A stretch of 64,000 nucleotides of DNA from Minisyncoccota bacterium (lineage in GTDB: Bacteria; Patescibacteriota; Minisyncoccia; Phycocordibacterales; UBA9973): NCBI GenBank assembly GCA_041664285.1, contig JBAYLA010000001.1, forward strand, positions 138,092 through 202,091, given 5' to 3'. Below, one piece after another: positions 59,535 through 64,000 of the stretch (position 1 is the stretch's first letter; each line of letters opens with the position of its first letter). The notes beneath the pieces were generated by a model that did no database searches, had not been told where the DNA came from, and was given only the letters and a program-made list of their open reading frames with translations. Position numbers and translations under genes: made by a program.

Positions 59535-59852
59535 ATGGCTACAAAGCTATATGTAGGGGGACTCCCTTACAGCACTCAAGAGGATGCTCTTAAAGAGCTC
59601 TTCGCACAAGCTGGAAACGTTGTTTCCGCTGTGATTATCATGGACAAAATGTCCGGTCGTTCAAAAGGTTTTGGATTCGTCGAAATGTCATCTCAGGATG
59701 AGGCGGCAAAGGCCATCTCAATGTTTAATGACCAAGAATTCGAAGGACGTAAGCTGACTGTTAACGAGGCTCGTCCAATGGAAGCTCGACCACCACGTTC
59801 AAATGGTGGAGATCGAGGAGGATACAACGGTGGAGGACGCCGAGAATACTAA
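59535..59852 (+). CDS. RRM RNA-binding protein
   Basis: LYVGGL (RNP2), KGFGFVEM (RNP1), Gly/Arg-rich tail. Confidence 0.95.
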   Translation: MATKLYVGGLPYSTQEDALKELFAQAGNVVSAVIIMDKMSGRSKGFGFVEMSSQDEAAKAISMFNDQEFEGRKLTVNEARPMEARPPRSNGGDRGGYNGGGRREY

Positions 59853-59869
59853 TTCTAAAATGAACCTAA

Positions 59870-59899
59870 AAACAACCCCGCAATATGCGGGGTTGTTTG
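59870..59899 (+). terminator. Intrinsic terminator after the RRM gene
   Basis: aaacaaccccgca-ata-tgcggggttgttt. Confidence 0.8.
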
Positions 59900-60003
59900 C
59901 GTCTATGTGCTTTTTCTGTTATATTTCTTATGTTGTTTTAATAATAATGAGCGTGTAGTTTAGTATAGGACGCTACGGGGATGATGTTTAAGAAATATGT
60001 TTC

Positions 60004-60075
60004 GAGCGTGTAGTTCAGTGGTAGAACGCTGTCCTGATAAGACAGAGGCCGATGGTTCGATCCCATCCACGCTCA
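60004..60075 (+). tRNA. tRNA-Ile(GAU)
   Basis: GAGCGTG/CACGCTC, CTGTC-CTGATAA-GACAG, GGTTCGATCC. Confidence 0.93.
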
Positions 60076-60185
60076 CAAAAAATTCTTATTTTTGAATGTT
60101 TGACACATAAATACATATGTGTTATTGTTTGCGAAACAACAGCTATTCGAAAAAAATTTTTTATATATATGAAGGAGGAGTTATA

Positions 60186-60425
60186 ATGGCGGGACCTTAT
60201 TTTAAGGGACAAGAACCAGCGATTTGTGGTTGCTATTATCCTGATGTTGTCCGTATTCAGGATGATATAAAAAAGAACACACGGACTCTTTTTTGCATCA
60301 CTCATGGGATGATGCATCTGTCGTTAAAACATTTTCCAGGGGCAGCTATCAGAAGTAGAGTTGAAGAAATTCCTTCTGATGAATGGAGGGAAAAAGAAAG
60401 AACAAGGCTACAAAATATAAAATAA
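60186..60425 (+). CDS. Small hypothetical protein (possible Zn binder)
   Basis: GGAGG SD; CGC and C..H motifs. Confidence 0.55.
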   Translation: MAGPYFKGQEPAICGCYYPDVVRIQDDIKKNTRTLFCITHGMMHLSLKHFPGAAIRSRVEEIPSDEWREKERTRLQNIK

Positions 60426-60462
60426 TAATACATTACAAAACGAGAACGAAAGGAGATTGAGT

Positions 60463-61488
60463 ATGAAAAAGGTCTTAATTCTAGGATTTGGAGGTACGAT
60501 CGCAATGATTCCCGACGTAAGCGGAGTTCTCGCTCCAGCAAAGAGTATCGAGGAAATTCTACTTATCGTACCATCACTACGCGAGATGGCTGATGTGGAA
60601 TTGGTGCAAGTTGAGAATAAAGATAGCACTAATATTACGCCTAGCCACTGGACAAAGTTAGCAATCAAGATCGCCGAAATTCATGGCGATTATGATGCGA
60701 TCATTGTCACCCATGGGACAGACACCATGGCATACACAGCGGGAGCAGTTTCACTGGCCCTCGGTCGTGAATTGGAGATTCCCATCGTTTTCACGGGATC
60801 TCAGCTTCCACTTATCTCGTACGGTTCAGATGCGCGCTTCAATCTCGAAAACGCAATGAAGACAGTTCTCGAAGCATGTGAGGTAGGTATCGCTGAAGTG
60901 ATGATTGTTTTCAGTGATTTAGTACTTCGTGCAAGTCGGACTGTTAAAATTAGCGAAGCGAAGTTCGGAGCGTTTGATTCACCAGCGTTTCCGTATCTCT
61001 CACAGATCACGGCAACTGGGGTTTGTTTCATTCCCCAAGCGCTCAAAGCCGGCGAAAAGAAAACGATTCTCGACATCAAGCCACATTTTCAGCGTGGCAT
61101 ATTGTCGGTCGAGATTGTTCCGGGACTCGAACCGGGAATCTTGATGGCCGTTCTGAAGTCCGGAACGTGCCAGGGATTGCTTCTCAAATCGCTCGGTGCG
61201 GGAAACGTTCCATCTGAAGAGGAGTATTCTATACTGCCAGTCATCGAGGCAGCGACTTCCAAGTACAAAGTTCCGGTTCTCGTTTCGACGAAGTTCGTGG
61301 GTGGCAACACACACATGGACATATACGAACCGGGCAAACTCGCCCTCGAAGCCGGAGCTATTCCGACCGGCGACATGACAGACGTCATGGCGCAGATCAA
61401 ATTCATGTGGGCTCTCGCACAAGGGCACCGTGACCGAAAATCGCTTGAGGAAGTAATTAAAAAGAGTTTTGTGGGAGAAATCTCTTAA
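60463..61488 (+). CDS. L-asparaginase type I (full length)
   Basis: GGTIAM, DSTN, THGTDTM, TGSQ.P, SDA..NL, G.GN; AAGGAG SD; GC-richer than flanks. Confidence 0.92.
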   Translation: MKKVLILGFGGTIAMIPDVSGVLAPAKSIEEILLIVPSLREMADVELVQVENKDSTNITPSHWTKLAIKIAEIHGDYDAIIVTHGTDTMAYTAGAVSLALGRELEIPIVFTGSQLPLISYGSDARFNLENAMKTVLEACEVGIAEVMIVFSDLVLRASRTVKISEAKFGAFDSPAFPYLSQITATGVCFIPQALKAGEKKTILDIKPHFQRGILSVEIVPGLEPGILMAVLKSGTCQGLLLKSLGAGNVPSEEEYSILPVIEAATSKYKVPVLVSTKFVGGNTHMDIYEPGKLALEAGAIPTGDMTDVMAQIKFMWALAQGHRDRKSLEEVIKKSFVGEIS

Positions 61489-61696
61489 AAAGCAAGACGT
61501 GCTTGACGTTTTTTAAGCAATAGGAGGAGATCCCAATCAACTATCACAATAGCCAGCACAAACCGAAAGGAGATAAAGTGTCTGGCTATTTAATTTTTTT
61601 ACAGACACAAATATAGATAATGATATAGCACTTAACACTACATTATAATTTCTTGGCTTCGGTCAGGATTTTCTGTTTTTATGATAGAATATATTA

Positions 61697-61951
61697 ATGA
61701 GTGATACTTTAGAAATAGAGATTCAAAATTTAAAAGAACGTAACAAGAGAGTAGAGATCGATAAAGCTTGGGAAGGGAGCTGGACGAGGCGTTTCACTAT
61801 AATGATATTAACTTTTGTCATTGCTAGTATCTGGCTTTTAGTAATAAAAGAGTCACGTGTTTTATTGAAAGCGATGGTTCCAACACTTGGATATCTTCTT
61901 TCGACTTTATCAATTCCTCAAATTAAAAAAATTTGGGCTAAAAATAATTAG
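61697..61951 (+). CDS. Small 2-TM hypothetical protein
   Basis: RNKRVE.DKAWE.SWTRR, PTLGYLLSTLS. Confidence 0.75.
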   Translation: MSDTLEIEIQNLKERNKRVEIDKAWEGSWTRRFTIMILTFVIASIWLLVIKESRVLLKAMVPTLGYLLSTLSIPQIKKIWAKNN

Positions 61952-62015
61952 TCCTAAAAGCTACGTCTAATTCTCACATTGATTTTTAAAGGAATATTTG
62001 ATATAAACGAATCAC

Positions 62016-62525
62016 ATGAAAATAAAAATTTTTACATGCGGGGGAACTATAGATAAAGATTATTTAGAAACTAAAGGAATCTACAATTTTTCTTTTGGTA
62101 AACCTGCCATAAATGAAATGTTGCAAAATAAAGTTAATTTAAATTTTGGCTATAGTATAAAGTCTCTTTTTGCAAAAGACAGTCTCAAAATGAAAGGCAA
62201 ACTTTATATGAATGAAACAGATAGACAATTGATCAAAAAGGCATGTCAGGGTACTAAAGAAAATAAAATTTTAATAACACACGGAACAGACACGATGATA
62301 GATACTGCTAAAATTTTAAGTACTATTCCAAATAAAATTATTGTTTTGACGGGTGCTTCACAGCCCTATAAGTTTCATGAGTCTGATGCAGATTTTAATA
62401 TTGGTGTGGCTATCGGTGCTCTCAATATTTTAGATAAAGGAGTTTATATTTCAATGAACGGAAGAGTATATGAATGGGATAAATGTGAAAAGCGTTCTGA
62501 TGGATGGTTCGTGGACAAAAAATAG
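62016..62525 (+). CDS. Asparaginase N-terminal-domain-only protein
   Basis: GGTIDKDY, KDSL, ITHGTDTM, LTGA..P, SDADFN. Confidence 0.85.
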   Translation: MKIKIFTCGGTIDKDYLETKGIYNFSFGKPAINEMLQNKVNLNFGYSIKSLFAKDSLKMKGKLYMNETDRQLIKKACQGTKENKILITHGTDTMIDTAKILSTIPNKIIVLTGASQPYKFHESDADFNIGVAIGALNILDKGVYISMNGRVYEWDKCEKRSDGWFVDKK

Positions 62526-62654
62526 TTTGCATCTAGAATATCTTTATATTACAATATGGTAAAGCTTTTTGGCTTTTGTTTTTGCTTGTCTCGTATTAAA
62601 TTTTGGTTACGGGGCATAAAAATGAGTATTATCAATTAAGATTTTTATATTAAT

Positions 62655-62957
62655 ATGGATGAAAATAAACAAAATTTTAATACCTTAGATTCATCTCATC
62701 ACAGTAGTCCAGGCTGGCATAGACCGGTAATGTTTTTTTACATCAAAACAACTTCTTGGATAATTTTACCTTTGATCTTAGGTTTGATTTTAGGAAAATA
62801 TATAGGTGAGTCTGCCGGTAGTCAAACATTGTTTTTTGGAATTATCTTTTTGGGGTTTTTAATTACTTGCTATGGAATTTATCGAGAGGTTAAAACATAT
62901 TTGAAAGATTTAGAAAAACAAAAAAATAAAAAAAATGATCAGCTCAACTCAAAATAA
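62655..62957 (+). CDS. AtpZ/AtpI-family protein
   Basis: Two TMs, immediately upstream of atpB. Confidence 0.75.
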   Translation: MDENKQNFNTLDSSHHSSPGWHRPVMFFYIKTTSWIILPLILGLILGKYIGESAGSQTLFFGIIFLGFLITCYGIYREVKTYLKDLEKQKNKKNDQLNSK

Positions 62958-63810
62958 TATACCAGTGGAAGTAATTCACGAAACAACAATTTTTGCCGAG
63001 CCAGTTTTTCATGTTGGAAGTTTTCAAATTACAAATTCTCTTTTAAATTCATGGCTAGCAGTTTTGGTAATTCTAATTCTTTTAGTGGCTCTTCGTTTAA
63101 AGTTGAAACAAATTCCAGGCAAAATTCAGCATATTTTTGAAATTCTTTTAGAGGGGGCTCTGTCTTTATGCGACCAAGTAACCAACGATCGTAAATTAAC
63201 ACTCAAAATTTTCCCTTTAGTCACTTCTCTCTTTATTTTTATTTTAATAAATAATTGGCTTGGACTTTTGCCATTTGTCGGGTCAGTTGGTTTTATAGCA
63301 AAAGAAGCTGGGCAATCTTTTTTTATACCAGTCTTCCGTGCAGGGACAGCTGATATTAACACTACTTTAGCTTTGAGTTTGGCGATTGTTGTTGCTTCAA
63401 ATATTTTCGGAATCGTAAGTATTGGTGCTTGGAAAATTTTCAATAAATATGTTAATATAAAGGCACTCGGAGGTATAGTGACAAAATTCCGAAAGGATAA
63501 AAGTGTCATAATAGTTGCCCCGATTACGTTTTTTGTTGGCATTCTAGAGTTAATTGGAGAAATAGCTAAAGTGGCGTCTCTTTCTTTCCGACTTTTCGGC
63601 AATGTGTTTGCCGGAGAAGTATTGTTGGCCTCAATGGGGGCAATTTTTCTTTATATTTTGCCAACCCCCTTTTTGTTCTTGGAAGTGTTTATTGGGCTTA
63701 TCCAAGCATTGATATTTTCTCTACTGGCTACGGTTTATTTTACAATAGCATCTCAAGATCATGAAGAGCACGAAGAAGAGAGTCACGAAAAAGAATTAGT
63801 TAGTATTTAA
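62935..63810 (+). CDS. atpB: ATP synthase F0 subunit a
   Basis: NNWLGLLP, TADIN, SLSFRLFGNVFAGE, IQALIF. Confidence 0.96.
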   Translation: MISSTQNNIPVEVIHETTIFAEPVFHVGSFQITNSLLNSWLAVLVILILLVALRLKLKQIPGKIQHIFEILLEGALSLCDQVTNDRKLTLKIFPLVTSLFIFILINNWLGLLPFVGSVGFIAKEAGQSFFIPVFRAGTADINTTLALSLAIVVASNIFGIVSIGAWKIFNKYVNIKALGGIVTKFRKDKSVIIVAPITFFVGILELIGEIAKVASLSFRLFGNVFAGEVLLASMGAIFLYILPTPFLFLEVFIGLIQALIFSLLATVYFTIASQDHEEHEEESHEKELVSI

Positions 63811-63984
63811 GATTGGTATAAAATTATTAATTATTAGTCGAAATTATTAGAAAAATTAATGAGCAAAGCGAATATAATTTTCTAACCCCGTTAAATAATT
63901 TTTGTTAAACAAAAATTAAAATCCAAAGATTTTATTTAACAGGGTAAAGATTTTTATGCTCACAGGATTCGCTAAAAATCATTT

Positions 63985-64000
63985 ATGGAAAAAGAAGTAG
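63985..64000 (+). CDS. Probable start of ATP synthase subunit c (truncated by window)
   Basis: ATG GAA AAA GAA GTA after atpB; assignment by gene order only. Confidence 0.35.

Noticed and set aside
60801-61428. Multiple overlapping ORFs within the asparaginase, and other antisense ORFs in the track
   Set aside because: Shadow frames of well-supported genes, favoured by higher GC; no motifs.
1-64000. CRISPR array or cas genes
   Set aside because: No regularly spaced direct repeats; the repeat families are dispersed palindromes, and the GhoS-like gene has no cas context.
1-64000. TGA-to-Gly recoding (code 25, Gracilibacteria/Absconditabacteria)
   Set aside because: Conserved genes are intact under code 11 and several end at TGA (infB, rsmH, ftsI).

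Overview
AT-rich bacterial chromosome segment using the standard code (TGA is a stop). The short IF2, compact ValRS, three paralogous ~570-aa Cys-rich proteins, 'SASGG' palindrome inserts and largely SD-less genes point to a Patescibacteria/CPR (Parcubacteria, possibly Nomurabacteria-like) genome; this taxonomy is inference. It holds housekeeping genes (ppsA, infB-rbfA, clpB, valS, tsaD, ftsAZ, greA-lysS, mraZ-rsmH-ftsL-ftsI-murF, obg-gatB-fba, rplY, rpmE-prfA, atpB) and 12 tRNAs. Highlights: (1) a ~6.4-kb element integrated in tRNA-Glu(UUC), encoding an HUH rolling-circle Rep, a hairpin-rich origin, a large serine recombinase whose C-terminal tail is swapped by integration, and defence cargo, with a second att-arm relic in tandem; (2) four tRNAs in which the near-universal G18-U55 elbow pair is replaced by A18-G55; (3) a Trp leader-peptide attenuator in front of a stand-alone trpB; (4) at least three families of structured palindromic repeats, several inserted in frame into conserved proteins.
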